Below, piece after piece: positions 15,350 through 25,220 of a stretch of 39,764 bases of DNA. The notes beneath the pieces were generated by a model that was given only the letters and a program-made list of their open reading frames with translations, did not search any database and had not been told where the DNA came from. The stretch's first letter is position 1; each line of letters starts with the position of its first letter. Location of the stretch: positions 1 through 39,764 of the IMG/VR virus record IMGVR_UViG_3300047275_000136, one strand, 5' to 3'. The position numbers and the translations under genes were made by a program. This DNA comes from a virus (lineage: Duplodnaviria > Caudoviricetes).

Positions 15350-15362
15350 AATCAATAGCTTA
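15350..15362 (+). promoter_or_regulatory. IHF consensus site
   Basis: AATCAATAGCTTA matches WATCAANNNNTTR. Confidence 0.5.
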
Positions 15363-15470
15363 AATAGAAAAGCTCTGCGGAGCCTATGACACCATGTAAA
15401 TGGAGTCCCGCTATAGCCTCTAAAGACTGTGCAATCTGTGCTGGATATGTTGTAATAACCCTACAGTAGT

Positions 15471-15511
15471 AGTCAAGGGTCTTTACAGCAATATCATTTG
15501 TATGCTACAAT
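15471..15511 (+). promoter_or_regulatory. Late promoter 1 (upstream of terS)
   Basis: AGTCAAGnnTCTTTACAGCAATAT motif; TTTACA-18 nt-TACAAT with extended -10 TGn. Confidence 0.65.
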
Positions 15512-15678
15512 AAGTCTACTATGTAGAAACGATGAACAGACGATGTACTGACAATAAATAAAAACTTAAATTTTATATACTACATACAGACTTCATACTG
15601 ACTACATAGAAGAGATACATAAAATTATATACACCCTAAAGTCCTGCTTTCAGCAGAGAAACTATATAGAGGGATCTG

Positions 15679-16173
15679 ATGTCAGAAATTAAAATTACTT
15701 CTCCTAATGAGGATTGTTCGCTACCTTCATCAGTCAGCCAGGATGTCTTGGCAGTCAATGAAGAGAAGAGTGTGCCGACAAAAAAGAGGAAAAGAGGTCG
15801 TCCTAAGAAGGAAGAAGTACAAAAGTATATAAAAAGAGAGAAGAGAGGAAGACCACCAGGAGAAGCAGCAAGGATTAAAGAGTTCACTGCTTCGCTGCTG
15901 TTAACGCATTCGAATGCGATTATCAGAAAGATAGTACATAAAGCATTAGATGATAATGATAAGGATCAGATTGCAGCACTAAAGATGTGTATGGATCGGA
16001 TGCTTCCAGTATCTTATTTTGAGGATAAAGGACAATCATCAGGTGCTAAAGCAATCACCATCAACATCACTGGTGTACAACAAGAGTCTCCAGTGGAGAT
16101 GATTCAGCATGAACCAGTCGATGTAGAGACTACGTTGATCGATTACGAGGAAGAAGATGGATCTACAAGTTAA
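15679..16173 (+). CDS. terS: Terminase small subunit (putative)
   Basis: Immediately upstream of terL; RGRP motifs, AALKMCMDRMLP and ITINITG patterns. Confidence 0.7.
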   Translation: MSEIKITSPNEDCSLPSSVSQDVLAVNEEKSVPTKKRKRGRPKKEEVQKYIKREKRGRPPGEAARIKEFTASLLLTHSNAIIRKIVHKALDDNDKDQIAALKMCMDRMLPVSYFEDKGQSSGAKAITINITGVQQESPVEMIQHEPVDVETTLIDYEEEDGSTS

Positions 16174-17410
16174 GCTTCTTCCCTGGCAACAAGAGGTATT
16201 TAAAGACCCTGCAAGGTTTAAGATCATCGCTGCAGGGAGACGTACAGGTAAATCTAGGTTAGCTGCTTGGACATTGATTATTGAAGGACTACAGACTGAA
16301 AAGGGTCATGTCTGGTATGTAGCCCCTACGCAGGGACAAGCTAGAGATATTATGTGGTCTACGCTACTGGAGCTAGGCCATTCAGTTATTAAAGGTAGTC
16401 ATGTGAATAACATGCAGATTACCTTAGTCAATGGTGCAATGATATCTCTGAAGGGTGCTGATAGACCAGAGACTATGCGTGGTGTTAGTTTGAAGTATTT
16501 AGTGATGGATGAGTACGCAGACATGAAACCACAGGTGTTCGAACAAATCCTTAGGCCTGCTTTAGCGGATCAGAAGGGTAGAGCTATGTTCATTGGAACA
16601 CCAATGGGTAGAAATCACTTCTATGAGTTGTACAAGTTAGGTGCTACCAATAAGGATAAAGATTACAAGTCATGGCACTTCACTAGCTTTGATAATCCGT
16701 TGTTAGATCCAGCAGAGATTGAAGCTGCTAGAGGTTCGATGTCTAGCTTTGCTTTTAGACAAGAGTTTATGGCTTCGTTTGAAGCATCACAGTCTGAGAT
16801 ATTTAAGGAAGAGTGGATTAAAGTAACTGACGAGGAACCAGATGAAGGTAGCTACTTTATGGCGGTGGACTTGTGTGGCTTTAGCGATTCTTCGCAGACG
16901 AATAAGACGAAGAATACGAAGCTGGATGAAACAGCGATAGCCATTGTTAAGGTTAACACACGAGGTTGGTGGGTTGCTGACATTCTACACGGTAGGTGGG
17001 ATGTCCGAGAAACAGCAGTAAGGATTCTCAAAGCAGCTAAAGATTATCGTGTTACGTGTGTTGGTATAGAGAAAGGTGCACTGAAGAATGCAGTGATGCC
17101 TTATATGCACGATCTAATGCGTAGGAATGGTTTTTATCCTCGTATTGAAGAACTAACGCATGGTAATAAGAAGAAAACAGATAGGATTGTTTGGTCACTA
17201 CAGGGTCGCTTTGAGCATGGAAGGATTGTTTTAAACGAAGGTGATTGGAATAATCTGTTCATTGATCAGCTTATGCAATTCCCTGACAGTAAAACTCATG
17301 ATGATTTGATTGATGCGTTAAGCTACATTGATCAGATACAAACTGCAAACTGGAATCAGAATTTAGATGAAGAAGAGTTTGAAGTCTTAGACCACGTAGC
17401 AGGCTATTAG
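16157..17410 (+). CDS. terL: Terminase large subunit
   Basis: AGRRTGKS Walker A, LVMDE Walker B, GTP, nuclease AVD...DET...HDDLIDA. Confidence 0.95.
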   Translation: MDLQVKLLPWQQEVFKDPARFKIIAAGRRTGKSRLAAWTLIIEGLQTEKGHVWYVAPTQGQARDIMWSTLLELGHSVIKGSHVNNMQITLVNGAMISLKGADRPETMRGVSLKYLVMDEYADMKPQVFEQILRPALADQKGRAMFIGTPMGRNHFYELYKLGATNKDKDYKSWHFTSFDNPLLDPAEIEAARGSMSSFAFRQEFMASFEASQSEIFKEEWIKVTDEEPDEGSYFMAVDLCGFSDSSQTNKTKNTKLDETAIAIVKVNTRGWWVADILHGRWDVRETAVRILKAAKDYRVTCVGIEKGALKNAVMPYMHDLMRRNGFYPRIEELTHGNKKKTDRIVWSLQGRFEHGRIVLNEGDWNNLFIDQLMQFPDSKTHDDLIDALSYIDQIQTANWNQNLDEEEFEVLDHVAGY

Positions 17411-17421
17411 GATAACCAAAC

Positions 17422-19422
17422 ATGAAATTTGAATCAGAAATCACCCCTCAGAATGCTCTTGTAGCATTTGTGATGGATAGGTGCAATGATTGGAGAAATT
17501 ATAGGGATGAGAATTTCCTTCCTAGATGGGAGGAATATGAACGTCTTTGGCGAGGAATCTGGGCTGATGAAGATAAAACCAGACAGTCAGAGCGTTCAAA
17601 GATTATTTCTCCAGCATTGCAACAAGCTGTAGATAACAAACAAGCTGATCTTGAAGAAGCAGTGTTCGCTAAAGGACAGTTCTTTGATATCAATGATGAC
17701 ATAGCAGACCAAAACAAACAAGATGTTGAGTTACTTCGTACTAGATTGTCCGAAGACTTTAAAAAGGACAAGATCAGAAAGGCTATTGGCAATGCAATGA
17801 CCTTAGCTGAGATCTACGGTACAGGTATCGGTGAACTGATTGTTAAGCAAAAGAAAGAATTAGCACCAGCAACACAGCCTTCAGCGAATCCTGGGTTGTC
17901 TATGATTGGTGTACAAGCTAATAATCGTATCGCTGTACAGTTAAAACCCATCAATCCTAAGAACTTCCTTATTGACCCTAACGCAACAACCATTGAAGAT
18001 GCAATGGGATGTGCTATTGAAGAGTATGTAGGTCGTCATGTTGTTGTTCGTGGTATGGAAGATGGTGTTTACAAAGCAGTTGCCTTAGGCGATGCTGCTG
18101 TAGATACGGATTTAGAGCCTGATCAGGACTTAACTTACTACCAGAATGATAAGATTTTACTCTTAAGGTACTATGGTCTTGTACCACGTAAGCTTTTAGA
18201 CAATCCTGATGACATGGAGTACGAGAATGATGAACTGTACTCCGATATGGTGGAAGCTTTAGTGGTTATTGCTAACGGAGAAGCTCTTCTAAAGGCTGAA
18301 GAGAACCCGTTTATGATGCAAGATCGTCCTATTGTGGCTTATCAGGCAGACACTATCCCTGGTAGATTCTGGGGAAGAGGTACAGCAGAGAAAGCATACA
18401 ACATGCAAAAGGCTGTAGATGCTCAAATTAGGAGTCACGTTGACTCTTTAGGGCTTACAACAGCTCCTATGATGGCTGTAGACGCTACAAGGCTTCCTAG
18501 AGGTGCTAAATTTGAGATTAGACCAGGAAAAACTATCTTAACGAATGGTAATCCTAATGAAATCTTAGCTCCTTTTAAGTTTGGTAACACAGATCCTGCA
18601 AATCTTCAGTCTGCTCAGGTATTTGAGCGTATGATGCTGCAGGCTACAGGTACTTTAGATACTGCAAACCTTCCTGCACAGGTCTCTGGTGGTGAAGCAG
18701 CCACTGCAGGGCTTGCAATGGCAGTATCTGGACTGATTAAGAAGAATAAGAGATCGTTAGTTAACTTCCAAGAAGATTTCTTGATTCCTTTCGTACAAAA
18801 AGCTGCATGGAGGTATATGCAGTTTGCACCACAGCGATATCCTGTACAAGACTTTGACTTTATTGCTACAGGTACAATGGGAATGATCGCTAGAGAGTTC
18901 GAACAAGCACAGATTCTTGCTTTGTTGTCTACGCTTGGTCCGAATAGTCCTATTGTACCGCTGCTACTGCAGGGTGTTATTGAGACTTCTTCGCTACCTA
19001 ACAAGGAATCTTTACTTGCTCAGTTAGCTCAGATGACTCAGCCTGATCCACAACAGCAACAGCTACAACAACAGGCTGCACAGCTTCAATTAGCGGATGC
19101 TGAGGCTTCTGTCCGAGAAAAGCAAGCAAAGGCTGCTAAGGACGCTGCAGAGGCTCAGAAGACCGCTATAGAGACACAGTTGCTTCCTGAAGAGACTCGT
19201 GCTAAAATAATGGCAGCAGTCTCTAAAAACCTACCACAACAAGCTGATGCTGCTCAGGTTGAGTTTGATCGTCGTGTAAAGATTGCTGAGTTGATGCTTA
19301 AAGAAGCTGATCTAGCAAACAACACAAAGATCGTAGAAATGCAAATGAGCAAAGCAGGAGTACTTCCTGGCGATGAAGACATGCTTAACGAACTACTTGA
19401 TAAGTTGACCAACAATGGCTAA
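17422..19422 (+). CDS. Portal protein (podovirus type with C-terminal coiled-coil barrel)
   Basis: Follows terL; 666 aa; YGTG, IDPNA and WGRG patterns; Gln-rich coiled-coil C-terminus. Confidence 0.85.
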   Translation: MKFESEITPQNALVAFVMDRCNDWRNYRDENFLPRWEEYERLWRGIWADEDKTRQSERSKIISPALQQAVDNKQADLEEAVFAKGQFFDINDDIADQNKQDVELLRTRLSEDFKKDKIRKAIGNAMTLAEIYGTGIGELIVKQKKELAPATQPSANPGLSMIGVQANNRIAVQLKPINPKNFLIDPNATTIEDAMGCAIEEYVGRHVVVRGMEDGVYKAVALGDAAVDTDLEPDQDLTYYQNDKILLLRYYGLVPRKLLDNPDDMEYENDELYSDMVEALVVIANGEALLKAEENPFMMQDRPIVAYQADTIPGRFWGRGTAEKAYNMQKAVDAQIRSHVDSLGLTTAPMMAVDATRLPRGAKFEIRPGKTILTNGNPNEILAPFKFGNTDPANLQSAQVFERMMLQATGTLDTANLPAQVSGGEAATAGLAMAVSGLIKKNKRSLVNFQEDFLIPFVQKAAWRYMQFAPQRYPVQDFDFIATGTMGMIAREFEQAQILALLSTLGPNSPIVPLLLQGVIETSSLPNKESLLAQLAQMTQPDPQQQQLQQQAAQLQLADAEASVREKQAKAAKDAAEAQKTAIETQLLPEETRAKIMAAVSKNLPQQADAAQVEFDRRVKIAELMLKEADLANNTKIVEMQMSKAGVLPGDEDMLNELLDKLTNNG

Positions 19423-21925
19423 AGAACTTATTGATGCAGTAATGCAGGCTTCTTCACGAGATAAGAAACTTTTACTAAAAGAGTTGATTGCTGGTCTTCG
19501 TGAAGAGAAACAAAAACAAGACTTGGAGGTATCAAAAACTAAATCTGACTACATCGTACAGTCCTTTAAACAGATTGAAGATCGTCTTACACAGAAATAC
19601 AATGAGATCAAAGATCTTTCTACAAAGAAGGGAGATCCTGGTAAAAATGGTAAGGATGGTCTTAACGGTAAAGATGGAAAGGATGGTAGAGACGGTGTAG
19701 ATGGTCGTCCTGGTGTTGACGGAAGAGATGGCAAAGATGGTGTCGATGGTTCAGATGGTATAAGTGTAACCAACGTATACATTGACTTTGATGATAAACT
19801 GGTTGTAGAACTTTCTAACGGACAGCAGATTGATGCTGGTTACGTTAATCGAGTTGCTAGTGATGCTGTTATTCAAATGTTCAAACAAGGACAGATGAGC
19901 ATCACAGAGCTGCTACCAGATCAAACAGGGCATGGCGGTGAAGTTCTCTCCACAGACGGTGAAGGTAATCTGTCATGGGTTGCTGGTGGTGGAGGAGGCG
20001 GTGGTGGTACAACAACTTATGCTGTAACCTTTAACAATAGTGGTACAGGTGCTGCATCGGGTACAACCTTTAATGGTTCTGTAGCACGTACAATCAGCTA
20101 TAACACGCTTGGTGCTCCTAGCATTACAGGTACAAATGCCACAGGTACTTGGAATATTGATATTCTAGGTAGTGCTGGTACAGTAACTAACGGTGTTTAT
20201 ACAACAGGAAGCTACAGCAATCCTTCATGGATTACAGCACTGGCTTGGAGTAAGATAACATCAACACCAACCACCATCAGTGGTTATGGCATCACTGATG
20301 CAGTTAGCACAGGAGGTAGCTATAGTAATCCTTCATGGATTACATCATTAGCTGGTTCTAAGATTACAGGTGACATTAGCGGTAAAGCAGGATCAGCAAC
20401 AAACATTGCTGGCGGTGATGCTAATAAAGTTCTGTATCAGACTAGTGCAAACACTACAGGCTTTATTGATGCACCCACTACAGCCAATACGTATCTGAAG
20501 TGGTCAGGATCATCATTTGGTTGGGATACTGTTGCTGCAGGCGGTGGTGGCACAACAACGAATGCTGTTACGTTTAACAATAGCGGCTCTGGAGCTGCCT
20601 CAGGAACAGACTTTGATGGTTCAGTAGCACGTACGATCAGTTACAATACATTAGGTGCTGCTAACTCAGGTGCTAACACAAACATCACTAGTTTAGACAG
20701 TATTACAGGTGGTATTAGCTCTCCTGATTACATTCAGTTTGATACAGCAGCAACTGTCACTGGAGCTGTTGGTAGGGTTTGGTATGACAGTGGTGATGGT
20801 TCTCTGGTTACAAGACTTAAAGGTAACAACCTTGATCTTAATATCGGACAAGAAAACGTAGTACTGTCTTATAATGGTTCTGGAGCAACCATTACTAAAG
20901 GATCTGTTGTTGCTGTTGCAGGTGCTCAAGGACAAAGACCTAGTATTGTATTAGCTGACGCAGACACTGAAGCATTGTCAGCACCTACGCTAGGTATTGC
21001 TGCTGAAGACATTACTAACGGTGCAGAAGGCTTTGTAGCAACCTTTGGTGTTGTTCGTGGTATTGATACCAGTGCATTCACTGCAGGTGATGATGTTTAC
21101 TTATCTCAAACAGCAGGTCAATTTACTGCTACAAGACCATCAGCACCAGCACATACTGTGTTTCTTGGTTGGGTTGTCAAAGTTAATGCTAGTAGCGGTG
21201 AGTTGTTTGTAAACATTAACAACGGATGGGAGCTTGACGAACTACATAACGTTAAGATTACTTCTGTAGCCAACAACGATATCCTGCAGTACGATTCAAC
21301 TGGACCTTATTGGAAGAATATTGCACCAGCGTCTGTAACAGGTACTTGGGGTATCAGCATCACAGGTAATGCAGGCACAGTAACCAACGGTGTCTATACG
21401 ACAGGCTCTTATGCTAATCCGTCATGGATTACTTCGTTAGCTTGGTCAAAGATCAGCAGCACACCGACAACACTAAGTGGTTACGGAATCACTGATGGTG
21501 TAAGTACTGGTGGTAGCTACAGCAACCCAACATGGATCACTTCCATTAGTGGTTCTATTGTATCTGGTAACATCACAGGCAATGCAGCTAACGTCACTGG
21601 TACAGTAGCAGTTGCTAATGGAGGTACTGGACAAACATCATACACTGATGGACAACTACTAATTGGTAATACTGCTGGTGGTTTGTCTAAAGCGACTCTT
21701 ACCGCAGGCTCTAACGTAACCATTACAAACGGTAACGGTACGATTACGATTGCTGCTACCGGAGGCGGTGGAGGATCTTCAACAATCCTAGAGAATGATC
21801 AAACCATATCATCTAACTATACCGTAACCTCTGCTAAGAATGGACTTAGCGTTGGTCCTGTAACTATTAATACTGGAGTCTCTGTTACCGTTGGAACAGG
21901 TCAGAGATGGATGGTTTTAGCTTAA
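19415..21925 (+). CDS. Fibre protein with collagen-like Gly-X-Y segment and duplicated domains
   Basis: GDPGKNGKDGLNGKDGKDGRDGVDGRPGVDGRDGKDGVDGSDG; PTTxSGYGITD fibre repeats; GGTG motif. Confidence 0.75.
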   Translation: MAKELIDAVMQASSRDKKLLLKELIAGLREEKQKQDLEVSKTKSDYIVQSFKQIEDRLTQKYNEIKDLSTKKGDPGKNGKDGLNGKDGKDGRDGVDGRPGVDGRDGKDGVDGSDGISVTNVYIDFDDKLVVELSNGQQIDAGYVNRVASDAVIQMFKQGQMSITELLPDQTGHGGEVLSTDGEGNLSWVAGGGGGGGGTTTYAVTFNNSGTGAASGTTFNGSVARTISYNTLGAPSITGTNATGTWNIDILGSAGTVTNGVYTTGSYSNPSWITALAWSKITSTPTTISGYGITDAVSTGGSYSNPSWITSLAGSKITGDISGKAGSATNIAGGDANKVLYQTSANTTGFIDAPTTANTYLKWSGSSFGWDTVAAGGGGTTTNAVTFNNSGSGAASGTDFDGSVARTISYNTLGAANSGANTNITSLDSITGGISSPDYIQFDTAATVTGAVGRVWYDSGDGSLVTRLKGNNLDLNIGQENVVLSYNGSGATITKGSVVAVAGAQGQRPSIVLADADTEALSAPTLGIAAEDITNGAEGFVATFGVVRGIDTSAFTAGDDVYLSQTAGQFTATRPSAPAHTVFLGWVVKVNASSGELFVNINNGWELDELHNVKITSVANNDILQYDSTGPYWKNIAPASVTGTWGISITGNAGTVTNGVYTTGSYANPSWITSLAWSKISSTPTTLSGYGITDGVSTGGSYSNPTWITSISGSIVSGNITGNAANVTGTVAVANGGTGQTSYTDGQLLIGNTAGGLSKATLTAGSNVTITNGNGTITIAATGGGGGSSTILENDQTISSNYTVTSAKNGLSVGPVTINTGVSVTVGTGQRWMVLA

Positions 21926-21934
21926 GGAGCTATA

Positions 21935-22381
21935 ATGTCCGCAATAAAACTTCAAGGTCACGCAAGTGGCTCAGGTACAACAACACTTCAATCTGCTAAC
22001 AGTAATAGTAGTTTTACACAAACATTACCGTCTACAGATAGTGTTACTTTAGGTTATCTTAATGTACCTATTAATTCTCAATCAACAGCGTATACGTTAG
22101 TTGATACGGATTCAGGTAAAGCTATTCTACACCCATCAACAGACGCTAATGCAAGAACTTTTACAATTCCTGCAAATAGTTCTGTTGCATACGATGTAGG
22201 AACTGTGTTAACATTCATCAATATGACATCTCAAGTTGTTACCATTGCAATTACAACAGATACGATGTATCTTGCTGGTACTGGTACAACAGGATCTAGA
22301 TCACTAGCTCAATATGGTATGGCAACAGCGATAAAACTAACATCAACAACTTGGTTGATTTCTGGTACTGGGTTAACCTAA
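21935..22381 (+). CDS. Fibre-associated structural protein
   Basis: Thr/Ser-rich beta protein ending WLISGTGLT; AAGGAG RBS. Confidence 0.65.
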   Translation: MSAIKLQGHASGSGTTTLQSANSNSSFTQTLPSTDSVTLGYLNVPINSQSTAYTLVDTDSGKAILHPSTDANARTFTIPANSSVAYDVGTVLTFINMTSQVVTIAITTDTMYLAGTGTTGSRSLAQYGMATAIKLTSTTWLISGTGLT

Positions 22382-22390
22382 GGAGTTGTC

Positions 22391-24034
22391 ATGACTGGTA
22401 TCTTAAATTTATTGCTTGGTGGTGCTGCTGGTAAGTTCACCATCATCCAAACCTTCACAGCAACCTCAACGTGGACTTGCCCTACTGGGGTGACTGAGGT
22501 TGAGTATTTGGTAGTGGCTGGTGGTGGGGGTGGTGGCAGGACAGGTAATGGAGCTGGCGGCGGCGGAGCAGGTGGGTTTAGAACTGGAACAGGATTGGCA
22601 GTTACAGCAGGGACAGACTACACAGTAACTGTTGGTGGAGGCGGCGCTGGTAGCACAACAAACACAGTTGCTGGAGTAAGTGGAAGCAATTCTGTGTTTA
22701 GCACAATAACCTCTGCTGGCGGTGGTGGCGGCGGTTCTGGGAATGTTGCTGGCCCTGGGGCTGCGGCTTTGGCTGGTGGCAGCGGTGGTGGAAGCACAGG
22801 AACTGCAGGAGGATCTGGTGGCACTGGAGGATCTGGTAACACACCTTCTGTAAGCCCATCTCAAGGGAATAATGGTGGAATAGGCAATACAAACGCGGGT
22901 GGCGGTGGTGGCGGTGCAGGTGCTGTTGGTGGGAACGCTTCAGCAAATGTTTCAGGAAACGGCGGAAACGGTACAGCGACAACAATTTCAGGATCTAGTG
23001 TTACATATGCTGGCGGTGGTGGCGGTGGGACAAACGGTGGAACAGGTGGAACGGGCGGTAGTGGCGGCGGTGCTTCAATGCCTACTGCAAATGACTCAGC
23101 AGGAAACCCCGGCACAGCAAACACAGGCGGCGGAGCTTCTGGTGGAAAGGCATTTGCGAGCAATCAATCTGGTGGTACCGGCGGCTCCGGCATTGTCATT
23201 TTGAAATATCAAGCACCATCACAGAGTGTTTTCGTATTCAAGGGTTCGGGTTCGTGGACATGTCCAACAGGTGTTACGTCAGTGGACTATATGGTTGTAG
23301 GCGGAGGTGGGGGCGGTGGTTATTCACGAGGCGGTGGTGGTGGAGCAGGTGGGTATAGGACTGGTACAGGATTAAGCGTTACCGCTGGAACGGATTACCC
23401 AATTACAGTCGGTGCTGCTGGTACTGCTGGAACTAATTCAGGAGTAGCCACTAATGGCGGTCAGTCTGTTTTTCACACGATTACTTCTGCTGGTGGTGGA
23501 AAAGGTGGGGACGCTGGGTCAAATAATGCCAGTGCAGGTGGCTCCGGTGGTGGCTCTACTGCGACATTTTCGGGGTTAGCAGGTAATACACCCGCCTCTT
23601 CGTCGCCTCCCGACTCAAATGCAGTTCAAGGTTTTATTGGTGGAAATGGCGCTTCGGTTCCGGGTACTGGTGCGGGTGGCGGTGGCGGTGGCGGTGGCGC
23701 AGGAACAAGTGCAACTAGCACTGATGCTGGCGGTAACGGTGGTAATGGTGTGCAAGGCCCATCGTATGCTTCTGCTTATGGCGGTGCTGGACCGGGAGGG
23801 TCTCCGTCTACAGGGTACTTTTCTGGCGGCGGCGGCGGAGGAAGTAATAACAATGCGGTTGCCGGAACAGGTGGCTATGGTGGCGGCGGTAATGGAGGAG
23901 CTTCTTCTAATGCAGCGGGGTCCTCTGGTGGCACAAATACTGGCGGGGGTGGTGGCGGCGGTAGAAACAACACTGTTGCAGCATCTGGCGGCGCAGGCGG
24001 TTCCGGCATCGTCATCATCAAAATAAATCAATAA
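22391..24034 (+). CDS. Glycine-rich fibre/adhesin protein with two tandem Gly-rich domains
   Basis: Two repeats of WTCPTGVT-V-Y-VV-GGGGGG...GGSGIVI; AGGAG RBS. Confidence 0.8.
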   Translation: MTGILNLLLGGAAGKFTIIQTFTATSTWTCPTGVTEVEYLVVAGGGGGGRTGNGAGGGGAGGFRTGTGLAVTAGTDYTVTVGGGGAGSTTNTVAGVSGSNSVFSTITSAGGGGGGSGNVAGPGAAALAGGSGGGSTGTAGGSGGTGGSGNTPSVSPSQGNNGGIGNTNAGGGGGGAGAVGGNASANVSGNGGNGTATTISGSSVTYAGGGGGGTNGGTGGTGGSGGGASMPTANDSAGNPGTANTGGGASGGKAFASNQSGGTGGSGIVILKYQAPSQSVFVFKGSGSWTCPTGVTSVDYMVVGGGGGGGYSRGGGGGAGGYRTGTGLSVTAGTDYPITVGAAGTAGTNSGVATNGGQSVFHTITSAGGGKGGDAGSNNASAGGSGGGSTATFSGLAGNTPASSSPPDSNAVQGFIGGNGASVPGTGAGGGGGGGGAGTSATSTDAGGNGGNGVQGPSYASAYGGAGPGGSPSTGYFSGGGGGGSNNNAVAGTGGYGGGGNGGASSNAAGSSGGTNTGGGGGGGRNNTVAASGGAGGSGIVIIKINQ

Positions 24035-24042
24035 GAGGTCAA

Positions 24043-24300
24043 ATGGAAAACACAAAAATTTACCGCTTCCTCGGCATTGATACGGCGATGCACATGCTTC
24101 GCCCCGGTGCCAAATGGGAAATCACAAACAATCAATTCACACGCTGGGATGATCCACGCCCCTGTCCGTCAATGGATGAGGTTTATTGGGTTATGGACAA
24201 GATCAAAGAGTTTGAAGAGTCAATTCCTACGATGTGGTTGCCAGAGCAGTTAGAGGAAATGGGCATCAAGATGAAAGAGATTGAAGAGGCTATTCAATGA
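24043..24300 (+). CDS. XkdW-like small fibre-associated protein
   Basis: AMHMLRPGAKW...W.D.RPCPS pattern following the fibre genes. Confidence 0.55.
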   Translation: MENTKIYRFLGIDTAMHMLRPGAKWEITNNQFTRWDDPRPCPSMDEVYWVMDKIKEFEESIPTMWLPEQLEEMGIKMKEIEEAIQ

Positions 24301-24899
24301 ACTTGCATGGACTCTTCGCACAGCCTGTAGGCTTCTTTGATCTAAATCGTTCTCTTACTGAAGAAGAGTTGTTCGTACTAAAAGAGTTAGAACAACGTCC
24401 TAATATGGGTAATCGTACCAGTAAGGATAATTTTGTATTGAAGAACTCTACGATGACACCTCTTCGTAGCTGGATGGAAGATTGTTTAGGACAGTACTTC
24501 AAAGCCACTGTCAATCCTAAGCATGATGTTAACCTTCGTATCACACAGTCTTGGGTTAACTATAGCGAACCAGGACAATACCATCACAAACATGCTCATC
24601 CTAATTCATTTGTTAGTGGTGTGTTCTACATACAGACAAATGATACAGATAAGATTTACTTCTACAAAGATGGTTACCAACAGATTAAGTTTCCACCTCA
24701 AGAGTGGAACAGTTGGAATAGTGAATCATGGTGGTTTGAAGCCCTCACTGGTCGCCTAATCCTTTTCCCATCATCACTAACGCACATGGTTCCTACTGTA
24801 GAAGGTGATGATGTCCGTATATCCCTTAGTTTTAATACATTCCCAGTTGGTGTTGTCGGTGAAGAGATGGACCTTACTGGCTTAAGATTGGAGGCTTAG
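24297..24899 (+). CDS. 2OG-Fe(II) oxygenase-like protein (TIGR02466-like)
   Basis: SWVN, HxH-PNS..SGVFY, LILFPSSLTHMV, RISLSFN. Confidence 0.85.
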   Translation: MNLHGLFAQPVGFFDLNRSLTEEELFVLKELEQRPNMGNRTSKDNFVLKNSTMTPLRSWMEDCLGQYFKATVNPKHDVNLRITQSWVNYSEPGQYHHKHAHPNSFVSGVFYIQTNDTDKIYFYKDGYQQIKFPPQEWNSWNSESWWFEALTGRLILFPSSLTHMVPTVEGDDVRISLSFNTFPVGVVGEEMDLTGLRLEA

Positions 24900-25220
24900 A
24901 TGGCACACTTTGCCAAGATTGAGAATAACGTAGTTACTCAGGTTATCGTTGTAGACAACAAGGATACCGCTGATGCTAGTGGTGTTGAGAAAGAGCATAT
25001 CGGTGCTGCTTTCTGTGAACGTCTACTAGGAGGTACTTGGAAGCAAACCAGCTATAACGGTAACTTCCGTAAGAACTATGCTGGTATTGGTTATAGCTTT
25101 GATGAGGCTAGGAATGCCTTTATCCCACCAAAGCCTACCGAAGATGCTGTATTAGATGAAGATACTTGCCAGTGGATTGTTAGCATGGCTGCAGACTCTA
25201 TAGGTGCTGATTCTGTCTAA
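24900..25220 (+). CDS. Conserved phage tail-associated hypothetical protein
   Basis: MAHFAKI...WKQTSYN.NFRKNYAGIGY...AFIPPKP family pattern. Confidence 0.8.
   Translation: MAHFAKIENNVVTQVIVVDNKDTADASGVEKEHIGAAFCERLLGGTWKQTSYNGNFRKNYAGIGYSFDEARNAFIPPKPTEDAVLDEDTCQWIVSMAADSIGADSV

Noticed and set aside
22466-24055. Pro/Ser/Arg-rich antisense and alternate-frame ORFs (also 29407..29814 and 19549..19782)
   Set aside because: Shadows of GGN-rich glycine codons on the coding strand.
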